Of a stretch of 64,000 nt of DNA, positions 37,591-47,038 are shown piece after piece. The translations under genes were made by a program, and so were the position numbers. Each line of letters opens with the position of its first letter. Within the stretch, counting starts at the first letter, position 1. This DNA comes from an uncultured virus (IMG/VR IMGVR_UViG_3300027798_000043) (taxonomy: Duplodnaviria > Heunggongvirae > Uroviricota > Caudoviricetes > Crassvirales), in IMG/VR virus record IMGVR_UViG_3300027798_000043; one strand, given 5' to 3'. Under the pieces are notes generated by a model, which was not told the DNA's origin, made no database searches, and worked only from the letters and a program-made list of their open reading frames with translations.

Positions 37591-39297
37591 TTAGTCCCAA
37601 GGCATCTTATCGTCTGAGCTTACTGCTGGAACGTGTGGTAAGAAACAACCTGAAGCTGGTTCCCACTTGAAATGGCATTCGGCACCATTCTCACCTAGGT
37701 TTTGAAATTTACATTTAAGAACTTTTACTTTAACAGTTTTATCTTCATAGTTTCTATGAACTAATAATCCGTGATATGATGCATCGTACCATTCACCACC
37801 GCCTTTAATGTTGTACATGGTTGGCTCTTCAATCTTGCCACTACTGTCTTTATACATTTTAGTTGGATGCGCTACAACCATAACTAATACATCATACTTC
37901 TTAGCAAAGATTTCAATCTGACTTAAGTATTCTAACGTGTATACATTTACATCGCCAGAAGCATCCGCAGATCTTACCTTATTGAATGGATCAATAACTA
38001 AGCATTTAATTCCTTTACGCTTAACTAGCTCAGCGCCTTTACGCAGTACAGACTCTAAAGTATAACGTTCCATGTCAATAAAAAAGTAATTATCATTAAC
38101 ATGGTCCGCTACTTGATTCCACTTTTCTGATTTAATATCTTCAACGCTAGGCATACCTTGCCAAGTCTTTCTCATTAACTTATGAGCATGCAGATAAGTA
38201 GGGTGATTCTCGGGCGACGCATAAGCAGTCTTCCAGCTATAATTGGCATTATAACCAATAACCATTTGATCAACAAAATCAGACTTACCAGAACTAGGGA
38301 TGCCGGTAACAGTAATGAACTGGCCAGTATACGTAGAAAATATACTGTCGAAATTATCCAGTCCGACTTGGAATCCTGGTTTAAATCCGTTTCTGACAAA
38401 ATCTGTAACCTCGTCTTCAATGTCTCTAAAAGTTGTAACATTTTCAAGCGGAACCGGCTTGGCCCTTGAAATTCTTTGTGATAAAGCTTCTTTTCCATAT
38501 TTAATTAAGTATTCGTTTGCGTCTTTACAATCATCGAAAGTTGCAATATAACAAGTTTCTGATCCTAATCGTCTAACTAATTCAGCTTGCAATGCTTGTC
38601 CAGCAGCATCTGAATCAACTGCTATAATTATCTTTTGCTTGTCTTCAAAATAGTCGATGCAATTATCTAAGTATTCTAAATTGTTAGTATTCAACGTAGC
38701 TCCATTAGGAACTGATATTGCATTTGTTATCCCTGCCTCGTGCAGTGCGAGCACATCCATCTCTCCTTCAACGATAATACAATACTCAAAACCCACAATG
38801 CTATTAATATTGTAAAAAACTTTCTCAGCGCCTTTATACAACTTAAAGTTCTTTCTACCATCTCTGTATTTTATATTTATAAGTTGATCGCCAATGAAAT
38901 AATTAAAGTGTATAGCATTTTCGCTTTTACCAGTTTGAGGCATAAACTCAAGACCTTCAGTAACGCCTAAGTCTATTAATGTTTGTTTTGATATTCCACG
39001 ATCTGCAAACCAGTCAGCCACTTTTGAACTGGGTGGCAATGCTGCAATTTCAGGCGGTCTAACATAAACTTTTTCAGATGCTCCTTTACGTTTGTAGGTA
39101 TGCAATTGAAAAGTTTTATTACAATTCATACAAGTTCCAATACCTCTATCCCAATCATACATAGCGCACTTGGCTTTTTCATTCTTGGCTTTTCTGTCAC
39201 TGGAACATAGAGGGCATGTTCCTTGACTCTTACCCTCTTCAAGTTTGTATTGATTGAATTGGTCAATCAAGAAACCATTTATCTCTATTGTTTGCAT
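37591..39297 (-). CDS. Primase-helicase (T7 gp4/Twinkle-like)
   Basis: Zn finger CPLC...CMNC, TOPRIM VEGEMD/AVDSDAAG/KDANE, Walker A TGIPSSGKS, LVIDP, VAHP. Confidence 0.93.
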   Translation of the reverse strand: MQTIEINGFLIDQFNQYKLEEGKSQGTCPLCSSDRKAKNEKAKCAMYDWDRGIGTCMNCNKTFQLHTYKRKGASEKVYVRPPEIAALPPSSKVADWFADRGISKQTLIDLGVTEGLEFMPQTGKSENAIHFNYFIGDQLINIKYRDGRKNFKLYKGAEKVFYNINSIVGFEYCIIVEGEMDVLALHEAGITNAISVPNGATLNTNNLEYLDNCIDYFEDKQKIIIAVDSDAAGQALQAELVRRLGSETCYIATFDDCKDANEYLIKYGKEALSQRISRAKPVPLENVTTFRDIEDEVTDFVRNGFKPGFQVGLDNFDSIFSTYTGQFITVTGIPSSGKSDFVDQMVIGYNANYSWKTAYASPENHPTYLHAHKLMRKTWQGMPSVEDIKSEKWNQVADHVNDNYFFIDMERYTLESVLRKGAELVKRKGIKCLVIDPFNKVRSADASGDVNVYTLEYLSQIEIFAKKYDVLVMVVAHPTKMYKDSSGKIEEPTMYNIKGGGEWYDASYHGLLVHRNYEDKTVKVKVLKCKFQNLGENGAECHFKWEPASGCFLPHVPAVSSDDKMPWD

Positions 39298-39332
39298 TTA
39301 TTGTTTTATTTGTTGTTACTAATTATAGATAG

Positions 39333-39677
39333 AAAAACCCCAATAAATGGGGTTTAACTAACTAAAAAAGGTTATTAACCAGCTTTGAAATTTACCTACG
39401 CACCGTGAGGTATCTGGTCTTCATTATTCGCATTGCCTAGTTAGGACTAGTATAATTTCGGCTGCCGTGCGTGTCAATACAAATAACCTTAAAAAAAAGA
39501 CCTAAAGGCTGATCTTACGGGAAGCGCTATAGGTACATTATACCAACCTGGGTCTTTCTTGTAGCCTCCCGAGTTATCAGTTACGGGGCTTGTACAAGAG
39601 CAGGGTTTCTGGTTTGCCGACCTTAATATAAACCCTTTTTAAAAGATGTCGAGCCTAACAGCGAGCATTGGTATATT
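39333..39677 (-). ncRNA. Putative structured RNA array/leader ending in a terminator-like hairpin
   Basis: ORF-free, GC-richer interval with four consecutive closed stems and a final AAACCCC-ATTTATT-GGGGTTTTT hairpin. Confidence 0.5.
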
Positions 39678-39998
39678 CTAGAATGGTAAATCGTCTTCAA
39701 CCATTGCAGGTTGTTTTACTTGTTGTGGTTGTTGTCCGCCGCCGTCTTGTCTTGGTGCTGCAGGAACGTTAGCTCCATTAGTCCAAACAACTTTAACATT
39801 TCCAAGATAAACTTTAGCAGCTTTTGCTTCACGTTCTTCTTTTGATTGTTCAACCATTACTGGTCCTTGATTACCAAACTGATCAACCTCATCGTTGATT
39901 GTAATTGTGATTGGTAAATACTTTCCTTTTTTGCCGTCAATGATTTTGTGCTTAGGGATTTCGTTTAAATTGATTGAACATTTAATAATTGATGCCAT
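39678..39998 (-). CDS. Putative single-stranded DNA-binding protein
   Basis: 106 aa, Q/P/G linker and acidic tail EDDLPF; next to recombination genes. Confidence 0.75.
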   Translation of the reverse strand: MASIIKCSINLNEIPKHKIIDGKKGKYLPITITINDEVDQFGNQGPVMVEQSKEEREAKAAKVYLGNVKVVWTNGANVPAAPRQDGGGQQPQQVKQPAMVEDDLPF

Positions 39999-40062
39999 AA
40001 TTCTCGTTTTATTTGTTTATAAGGTTATTTGTTATACTATTATTATCAATAGCTATTCGTGT

Positions 40063-40242
40063 TTATGCTGTAAGCTGCTGATAAAATCTAGTCATCTGGT
40101 CTTTAGTCGCTCCTGTAGATCTTCTTAAGTTGTCTACTGATTTTAAATGCGATTGGTTTTTGTAGAAATCAGACTCTGGTCTTTCTAAACCTGTTACGTC
40201 ACATACTCTTGTTTTTACTGCTGCAATTGTTCTTCTTTTCAT
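40063..40242 (-). CDS. Small hypothetical protein (not in ORF track)
   Basis: 59 aa MKRRTIAAVKTRVCDVTG...QQLTA, fills the gap between exonuclease and SSB. Confidence 0.55.
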   Translation of the reverse strand: MKRRTIAAVKTRVCDVTGLERPESDFYKNQSHLKSVDNLRRSTGATKDQMTRFYQQLTA

Positions 40243-40252
40243 TTGATTTAAT

Positions 40253-40984
40253 TTAAAGTGTTTTAGTCAGCAAATGCTGTTGAGGATCAAAGTCCTCTGT
40301 TTTATAAAATAATGTATAAGCATCTATTGCTCTCATAACTTTATCTTCACCACTCCTTAAGAATGAATCAGAACAATCAAATATACCGATCTGATTGGTT
40401 TGTTTGTCTATAGCCATGAATATTAAGTTATACCCAAATAGCTTTCTGTAAATATACGCTTGACTATCGTAATTATATTTCTTTGCTGAATATGGGAATG
40501 AAGATATATCTGATGTTGTTTTCAAATCTATGATCAACCCTTCGTCATGATTTAATATATCAGCTTTACCCTTCCACATTACGCCATTAATATCTGCGAT
40601 ACCAGGAACTTCATAGTCTACATTGAAACCTTTTATTAATCCTTCGCAGATCTTGTTAGCCATCATTTTATCCCGCATTAATTCTATTTTGTCAACCTCA
40701 TGTTGTAACAAACATATTTCACCGCCGGATAATTCTTTATACTTATTTGTATTCCTAGTAGTAGCATCTATTACTTTGTACTTGTCTAATTTGTCGGGCT
40801 CTAATATCATTGTATGAAAGTAACCGCCAATTGCAAAGTTAACATTAGGCTCTTGCTTTTCTCTTAATAATAATGGGTTAGTTAGCAGAGTCGATATATT
40901 TGAATTACTAATAAACTGGGAACCAAATGGTCCGTAATAATGTGTATCATCTTTTAATTTTTCTAAGATTTCCTCTTTAGTCAT
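40253..40984 (-). CDS. PD-(D/E)xK exonuclease (RecE/DUF3799-like)
   Basis: ISNSNI, GGYFHTMILEP, EVP, KGKADIL, IIDLKTT, YDSQAYIY. Confidence 0.85.
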   Translation of the reverse strand: MTKEEILEKLKDDTHYYGPFGSQFISNSNISTLLTNPLLLREKQEPNVNFAIGGYFHTMILEPDKLDKYKVIDATTRNTNKYKELSGGEICLLQHEVDKIELMRDKMMANKICEGLIKGFNVDYEVPGIADINGVMWKGKADILNHDEGLIIDLKTTSDISSFPYSAKKYNYDSQAYIYRKLFGYNLIFMAIDKQTNQIGIFDCSDSFLRSGEDKVMRAIDAYTLFYKTEDFDPQQHLLTKTL

Positions 40985-40988
40985 ATAG

Positions 40989-41567
40989 TTATATTAATTT
41001 CTTAAGAGCGAGTATAGCATCCGGGTTGACATCATACTTATTTAGTATTGTATCTAACGTTGCTTGATCTTTTACATAAGCTTCAGCTTTTGCATAAGTG
41101 TCTGTACCTAATTCAATCTTAACTTTAGGCTTAGGATCCGCTTTGCCATGATCTGCATCTTGTGTATCATCGATTAAGAATAGATTGCCTAATGCATACT
41201 TTTTACCATAACTAGATGCTGATCCAAACTTCTGAGGCGTTTGCATTCCTTTTTGATCAAGATCAATACCAACAATAGCTGTCGCGCTTATTGAGGATAG
41301 ATTGTCTGATATAGTTGCGGTTGTTTCTAACATAGGAAATTGAATAAAGCTGTTATCTATTATTCTTTCTGTCACTACTACTGATACATTTAATTCCCAT
41401 AAAAAAGGCTTTATTGCTTCTAAAATATCTTCTGCTGACCTAAAATTATATTTGCCAAACGAATTGAATCTACTCTTTTTAGATTTGAATTTTGTTTGAA
41501 TAGTTGCTAATTTTTCATTAAGCGTAAAGACTCTCTCTAACGCTTCTTCTTCTTTTTTTGTTGCCAT
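40989..41567 (-). CDS. ERF-family ssDNA annealing protein
   Basis: FGKYNFRSAEDILEAIKP and GSASSYGKKYALGNLF.IDD..DAD ERF signature. Confidence 0.85.
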   Translation of the reverse strand: MATKKEEEALERVFTLNEKLATIQTKFKSKKSRFNSFGKYNFRSAEDILEAIKPFLWELNVSVVVTERIIDNSFIQFPMLETTATISDNLSSISATAIVGIDLDQKGMQTPQKFGSASSYGKKYALGNLFLIDDTQDADHGKADPKPKVKIELGTDTYAKAEAYVKDQATLDTILNKYDVNPDAILALKKLI

Positions 41568-41636
41568 ATATTTGATTTAATTGTTTAGTATTTATATTTA
41601 TATAGTTACGTATTTTGTAATCCATTTACGTTTAAA

Positions 41637-42401
41637 CTATAGGTAATCAAGGACTTGAGAGGGATCGACGTTGTCAACTAATTTCTTAATTGCTTGCTTT
41701 TTTAATTCTGAAACTCTAACATAAGCGCTGTTACCTTCAATATTTAACAGTTCAGCAATAGTAATCGCAGAATGTTTATCACAGTCTAATCCATAACTTA
41801 ATCTTAAAACTTCAAACTCACGATGGTCTAAATGTTTCTTAAGCAATCCGGTTAAGTAGATATTCATAAGATCTATATTATAACCTTCAGATTTGTCTGG
41901 AATTTGGTATAACATATTGTCGTCATTGTCATCTTCCATTTGCTCATCTAGACTTAAAAATATTGAATTAAAAAACATTGCAACCATGTCTTGGTTTTGG
42001 CTATTGTCTTTCCTCATTTCAATTAATTTATGCTCTGGAAGTTTTATGCTGCCGCGATATATATCCATATCTCTTCTAATTGAGCCTTTAATTCTTTTTG
42101 ATAGAAATGACTTAATAGTTTTTTCTGGATCATCTGAATCAGTTATTGTTGTCCATTCAATTTTGTCAATAGCCATTATTAAGCCTTTTGAACCTGCTTG
42201 AATAAGATCTGTAATATCTAATACACCAGACGCTTGGGTTGTAGTAGAAAACTTTTTAGCTATATTTTCCACTAAAGGAAGAAACTTAATGATCAATTCA
42301 TCTCTAGTATACTCGTCCCAGAATTTACCTTCAATACGACTCATTGCTTGTTTAATATCTTCCTTATAGCGGATATAGTTTTGTATATTATAACTCTTCA
42401 T
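41637..42401 (-). CDS. Phage sigma-70-family sigma factor
   Basis: LPLVENIAKKF, DLIQAG..GLIMAIDK (region 2), FLSLD, LD.REFEVLRLSYGL...IAELL...RVSELKKQAIKKL (region 4). Confidence 0.9.
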   Translation of the reverse strand: MKSYNIQNYIRYKEDIKQAMSRIEGKFWDEYTRDELIIKFLPLVENIAKKFSTTTQASGVLDITDLIQAGSKGLIMAIDKIEWTTITDSDDPEKTIKSFLSKRIKGSIRRDMDIYRGSIKLPEHKLIEMRKDNSQNQDMVAMFFNSIFLSLDEQMEDDNDDNMLYQIPDKSEGYNIDLMNIYLTGLLKKHLDHREFEVLRLSYGLDCDKHSAITIAELLNIEGNSAYVRVSELKKQAIKKLVDNVDPSQVLDYL

Positions 42402-42812
42402 CTAAGATAGAAATATTTTAAGGGTTTTACCACCATCTTGGTAATCCAATTCAATTTCATTAAAGTCATCCATCTCTTTATACAAAGTAAAAATTCTACC
42501 GAAAGGGTATTTATTTTTGCAGTGATTGATAACTTCGAGACGGGTAACGTGTATAGCACCGTTGCCATGTTGAATTAATGGCGCTGATGGAACAGCTTCG
42601 TATTTGAATTTACCAATAATGTATTGATTGATAAACTTACCTTTGGATTCTGAATCTGCAATACCATTGAATACATGCTTAGGCACTTCTTTATAGATAT
42701 ACTTACTTTTGTTAACGAACTCTACTTGTAAAGCCTCGTTTTCAACATCATACTTTACTTCATTTATAGCCGTGCTATTTACTTTTACTGTTTCTAAAAC
42801 GTTTGTTCTCAT
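42402..42812 (-). CDS. KTSC-domain protein fused to a second small domain
   Basis: STAINEVKYD....LQVEF...KYIYKEVP..VF.....SESKGKFINQYI is KTSC; C-terminal VTRLEVI...QDGGKTLKIFL. Confidence 0.75.
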   Translation of the reverse strand: MRTNVLETVKVNSTAINEVKYDVENEALQVEFVNKSKYIYKEVPKHVFNGIADSESKGKFINQYIIGKFKYEAVPSAPLIQHGNGAIHVTRLEVINHCKNKYPFGRIFTLYKEMDDFNEIELDYQDGGKTLKIFLS

Positions 42813-43432
42813 AAATTTTTGTTTAATAGTTCTTTTTCTTTTTTTAATTCATTACTCATATTTCGATGCACAGTTCTGGTTGTGCAGCCCAATTCTTTAG
42901 CTAACTTAACGATAGTGATTTTTATACCAGCATCGTTAAGATATAACATCATGTCATATATGTCATTCTCAGAGACCTTCTTAGTCTTACCAATCATTTG
43001 TCCAACAATAGAAAGTTTCTCACTTAAACTTAGTTTACATTTATCATTGAAGATAATCTTTCTAGTCTTATTAAATGGTGGATGTTCAAGATCCTGAAGA
43101 GATACATCGTATATCATGCTTTGTAGTAAAGTATCATTAACATTAAAGGTAACAAATCCGTTATTCTTATTAGCAATGAACTTAGCTAAATTAACAAACT
43201 GATCTTGATCCATAGAAGTATTAAGATACCATAAAACATATAGATGCCATTTCAAAGACTTATATGTAGGAATCTTAGCTTTACTTCTAAATAGATCATA
43301 ACATTCATCAGTTCCATTTTCGTAGTAATCACCCCATTCAAACTTCTCAGTTGGTTTATCATTTATAGGAGATTGTTTATATATCACTCTTGTTTTATTT
43401 AAGTATTCTAAGTTTCTTTGATACTGTGACAT
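42809..43432 (-). CDS. DNA-binding protein with C-terminal HTH (possible replication initiator/regulator)
   Basis: C-terminal KITIVKLAKELGCTTRTVHRNM HTH; start codon overlaps inverted-repeat site. Confidence 0.65.
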   Translation of the reverse strand: MSQYQRNLEYLNKTRVIYKQSPINDKPTEKFEWGDYYENGTDECYDLFRSKAKIPTYKSLKWHLYVLWYLNTSMDQDQFVNLAKFIANKNNGFVTFNVNDTLLQSMIYDVSLQDLEHPPFNKTRKIIFNDKCKLSLSEKLSIVGQMIGKTKKVSENDIYDMMLYLNDAGIKITIVKLAKELGCTTRTVHRNMSNELKKEKELLNKNL

Positions 43433-43469
43433 TAGCCTGTTACTTATTATATTAATTAGCTTACGTCAC
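43426..43469. promoter_or_regulatory. Inverted-repeat site copy 1 (GTGACATTAGC-N22-GCTTACGTCAC)
   Basis: Same arms and identical 22-nt spacer at 53762 and 55766. Confidence 0.7.
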
Positions 43470-43570
43470 TCTTTTCATATTCATAAGTTCCATATAACGT
43501 TTCATATATTATTTTTCCTTCGGATCTCTCTTCATCCATATCCATTATATATTCTTTTATTTTACTCATC

Positions 43571-43840
43571 CTAATTATTTTTTGCAAGTTCATCGCTTAG
43601 CGCTTTTATTTTACCTGTTATTTCTATTACTAGTTCGTATTTTTCATCCGCAATATACTGCGCTTTAATTATGTTCAGCGCAGTAATTTGATCTATAAGT
43701 GCCTGGCGATCAGACGCATAATGATAGTGTTTGTCCCATTCTTCTTGCTTCGCCAGTAGTTTTTGAAACACACTTGATGCAATTTTCTCAATATCTTCAT
43801 CTGACATACTATTCATCTGTTTTAAGATCGCCGTAGACAA
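43571..43840 (-). CDS. Hypothetical protein with UVR-like C-terminal motif
   Basis: YIADEKYELVIEI..KIK resembles a UVR coiled-coil motif; true start may be the second Met (43808). Confidence 0.5.
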   Translation of the reverse strand: MSTAILKQMNSMSDEDIEKIASSVFQKLLAKQEEWDKHYHYASDRQALIDQITALNIIKAQYIADEKYELVIEITGKIKALSDELAKNN

Positions 43841-44210
43841 GTTGCCACTGGGTTAATAATATATCGTCTAACTCTTCTGTGATGGCATCGTTGTTTAGAT
43901 CTATGCTCTCTATTTCAATTCTACGGTCGTAGTTGATATTAAACTCAGCAGAGTCGTAATCAATAACTTCATTGTTGCTTTGATCTAAGAAGTTTTCTAG
44001 CTGGTTTCTAACAGCAGAAGCAAACTCTTGAAACTTTTCTTCGTCAATAAGATAAGCGGCAGGCTGAGGTAACATTTCGTGTATAGCATGCAGCGATTCA
44101 GTTCTTAAGCTGGACAACAACGTTATTACGTCGTCTTTAGAAAAGATACTTGGATAAGCATCTATAGTTTTCGCTATTTGTACATCAAAAAGATCATTAA
44201 TTTTTTCCAT
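43809..44210 (-). CDS. Hypothetical acidic protein
   Basis: 133-aa ORF directly downstream of promoter motif 44241. Confidence 0.75.
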   Translation of the reverse strand: MEKINDLFDVQIAKTIDAYPSIFSKDDVITLLSSLRTESLHAIHEMLPQPAAYLIDEEKFQEFASAVRNQLENFLDQSNNEVIDYDSAEFNINYDRRIEIESIDLNNDAITEELDDILLTQWQLVYGDLKTDE

Positions 44211-44275
44211 TGTTTTTAGTTGTTTGTTTATTTATATTAATATTATCAATTGTTATTCGTGTTTGTTTTGTAAGA

Positions 44276-44488
44276 TTATTTATTTAGATCACTTCTATTG
44301 TAGTGAACTTCTTTGTCCATCTGTTCATAATATTCTTTTATATCCCAGTTTGCTTTAAGATTATATTTTCTATCGCAGATTTCATTGCAATATAATGCTT
44401 GAGTGAATCCGGTATTTATAATTTTACTACAGCAGTGACAAAGTGTTGCCCCGTTGCCATTGTTAAACTTGTGAATTGGCTTTATCAT
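44276..44488 (-). CDS. Small Cys-rich hypothetical protein
   Basis: KFNNGNGATLCHCC..II...LYC...C, possible Zn-binding. Confidence 0.65.
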   Translation of the reverse strand: MIKPIHKFNNGNGATLCHCCSKIINTGFTQALYCNEICDRKYNLKANWDIKEYYEQMDKEVHYNRSDLNK

Positions 44489-44736
44489 TCTATTAATTTA
44501 TCAATATTAATAGAATGCTCATCAAGTATATCTATTATTCCATTAGCTATAAAATTTATAGCCTCACTTACAGCGTCACTTACAGTATCACCTACGGCAT
44601 CATTTTCAAACTTTCTTTGTGCCGTCTTACGCAATTGTAATATATCAAATAAAGCACAAACCATATCTAACGACTGATTAACTCTATTAAACTCTATTTG
44701 GTCTTCGGGTAAATTAAATTCTAGCTTTGCTTTCAT
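44485..44736 (-). CDS. Hypothetical protein (paralogue of 47038-47286)
   Basis: MKAKLEFNLPEDQIEF vs MKATIKFKLPNDSYEF. Confidence 0.7.
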   Translation of the reverse strand: MKAKLEFNLPEDQIEFNRVNQSLDMVCALFDILQLRKTAQRKFENDAVGDTVSDAVSEAINFIANGIIDILDEHSINIDKLIE

Positions 44737-44880
44737 TTTATTTCTTTTTAAATTGTTTAAACCATTCTTTCATTCCATTATATATTTTTTCATCTAAAAA
44801 AGACAATAATTTGTCTCCGTTGCTTGATATTGTTGAGTTTTCCATTTGGTTCAATTTATTGAATTAACTTTAGCGAGTAG

Positions 44881-45114
44881 TTAGGTGTAATGCCATTCGG
44901 ACACTTCACTTCTTTCAAAATGTTTTTGATGTGAAAAATGTTTAGTCCACCAAGCAAATGCACGAAATGAACCACCCCATAAATGCTCATAATATCCTTT
45001 ATACCATTTTTCACCTACTTTAAATTTTAACTCGTAATATGATGAAGGCACTACACCTAACAGCACATTACCAAAAGTGGGGTTTATCGTTTTTAAATCA
45101 GCTTTTACACTCAT
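44881..45114 (-). CDS. Hypothetical protein inside attC-like inverted repeat
   Basis: 77-aa ORF; body bounded by a 15-bp IR. Confidence 0.6.
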   Translation of the reverse strand: MSVKADLKTINPTFGNVLLGVVPSSYYELKFKVGEKWYKGYYEHLWGGSFRAFAWWTKHFSHQKHFERSEVSEWHYT

Positions 45115-45134
45115 ATCAAATTTATTTTTTCATA

Positions 45135-45908
45135 TTATTTCTTTTTAAATTGTTCAACTTTATCTCTAAAACTTTGCAATACCTCATATTCAGTAGTTCC
45201 TTTTAACAGAGATATTAATACATCCACTTCTTCATCACTATAACTTTTTTCTTGTTGCCATTTCGCACCTTCAGTAAAATCTTTTCTTTTAATTAAAGAA
45301 GCATCATAGCTTGTGGTATTACCTAATTTAATTATATTTTCAGGATATAATCTTTCAGCAACTTCTTCAAGTGTTTCTTGTTTGAATAACTCCATTGCTT
45401 TATCAAACTCTTCTATATTATCATTGATAAGTTCTACGTGTTGTTTAGGTTCTTCTTTTAAAATGATGATTTTGTAACCTATTTTTTCAGAATAGATATA
45501 AGGTAAACCTTTAAGATGTCTTTCCCTTAATTCATCAACATTAAAGTACTTTAAATCAACATCAATCTCAACAACCTCACAACTTGGATTCTTAATAAAC
45601 CATTCAAGAAATTCATTATCAAGAGCTTGTACACCATCTTTGATTAGGTCTTGGTCTGTTGTTAGGATGATTTTTTTATAAAAATACTTGTTACTTGGTA
45701 ACTTAAATTGCAGTATACTTTTATATTGTTCTGAATAAACCCAATCTACTTCTTTAATTTCTTCATCATTAGTGATGTAAATGTTTACATTTCTACAAGG
45801 TGGATACCCATAATCAAGTTTTGTAATAACTAAATTTTTATTTGAATTGATATATACCCTACTTGGTTTATCTGTTGGTATTACCCATAAATTTCTTTTC
45901 TTTTCCAT
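45135..45908 (-). CDS. Hypothetical mosaic protein
   Basis: IPTDKPSR, NIYIT.DEEIKE.DW, KKIILTTDQDLIKDGVQA, KQETLEEVAE, GAKWQQE blocks typical of flavobacterial phages. Confidence 0.75.
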   Translation of the reverse strand: MEKKRNLWVIPTDKPSRVYINSNKNLVITKLDYGYPPCRNVNIYITNDEEIKEVDWVYSEQYKSILQFKLPSNKYFYKKIILTTDQDLIKDGVQALDNEFLEWFIKNPSCEVVEIDVDLKYFNVDELRERHLKGLPYIYSEKIGYKIIILKEEPKQHVELINDNIEEFDKAMELFKQETLEEVAERLYPENIIKLGNTTSYDASLIKRKDFTEGAKWQQEKSYSDEEVDVLISLLKGTTEYEVLQSFRDKVEQFKKK

Positions 45909-45996
45909 TATTCTGTTCCTTTTTTAATTAAATAATACCATAGCCAAATTATCTTTGATCTTGTAAATTCATAAGCCGCTAATACTAATATGTATT

Positions 45997-46674
45997 TCAT
46001 ATTACTAATACATTACCATTACTTGTTAATTTGCCAAATTTTCTATCGGTTACTACTGATCCATTACTAAACCATGTGTCGCATATACTTAATTTCTGAA
46101 GTCCAGCATTAATAATACCACCCATATTATGGATATGACCAAATAAATGATATGCAGGTTGAACTTCTAATAGTTTATTAAGTAAAGATTTATCGCCACA
46201 ACATTCTAGTAAACCATCACGATTTTCAGACTTGTCTAAAATATTTTTAGGGGGACCGTGGGTAATAACAATATTAGTTTCATTGTGTATAGCATCACAC
46301 CAGAATCGGTCAAGTTTATTTCGATCTCTCATAAAAGACCAATTACCAAAGTTAGGTGTATAAGGCGAACCAAATATTTTAATACCTTCAATGGTAACAT
46401 AATCATTTTCTAGGTATATAATACCGTTGTCTTCAAAATCTTTTTTAGTTACTAGTTTCTTTTCAATGCTAGAGTCGTGGTTACCAGCTACGTATATTTT
46501 ATACTTAGGCGATAACTCTTTATACCAGTCAATGAATTCTCTAACCTCAGGTTCGTTATTGTATGGATCTCTAGGATTGCTGCAATCACCAGAATGTATT
46601 ACCATATCAATAGCTCTAGGTACTTTTAATAAGTCGTGATACGTGTGAGTATCGGAAATGTGCCATATTTTCAT
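45997..46674 (-). CDS. Calcineurin-like metallophosphoesterase
   Basis: HISDTH, HSGD, AGNHD, THGPP, FGHIH. Confidence 0.9.
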   Translation of the reverse strand: MKIWHISDTHTYHDLLKVPRAIDMVIHSGDCSNPRDPYNNEPEVREFIDWYKELSPKYKIYVAGNHDSSIEKKLVTKKDFEDNGIIYLENDYVTIEGIKIFGSPYTPNFGNWSFMRDRNKLDRFWCDAIHNETNIVITHGPPKNILDKSENRDGLLECCGDKSLLNKLLEVQPAYHLFGHIHNMGGIINAGLQKLSICDTWFSNGSVVTDRKFGKLTSNGNVLVI

Positions 46675-46840
46675 TATTCTTTATCTTCTACGAATTCTTT
46701 GAATCCATTAATAATTGTGCTGTGATGAAATGTAACCGCTATTAGCAGAGCGTAAAATACATCTACATATTCGTCAATTCCCATATCGTCACCTTCAATT
46801 TCAGTTGAATGTTTTCTTCCTTCCGCTTCTATCGTAATTT

Positions 46841-47038
46841 TCATAATTTATTATCTTTTTCTATTAATTGAAATATATAACTCCATACTTTAACCTCAAA
46901 CCTGTCTCTTATATTTAATTCTATTTGATGGGCTTTATCTATTTTCCAATATAAGTTCGGATCATTAGCTTCAATTGTTGCAGTTAATAATGCGGATTCT
47001 ATTTTCATTCTAGCGGATTCTTTAATTTCTTGCATCAT
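46841..47038 (-). CDS. Hypothetical protein
   Basis: 65-aa ORF coupled to neighbours. Confidence 0.6.
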   Translation of the reverse strand: MMQEIKESARMKIESALLTATIEANDPNLYWKIDKAHQIELNIRDRFEVKVWSYIFQLIEKDNKL

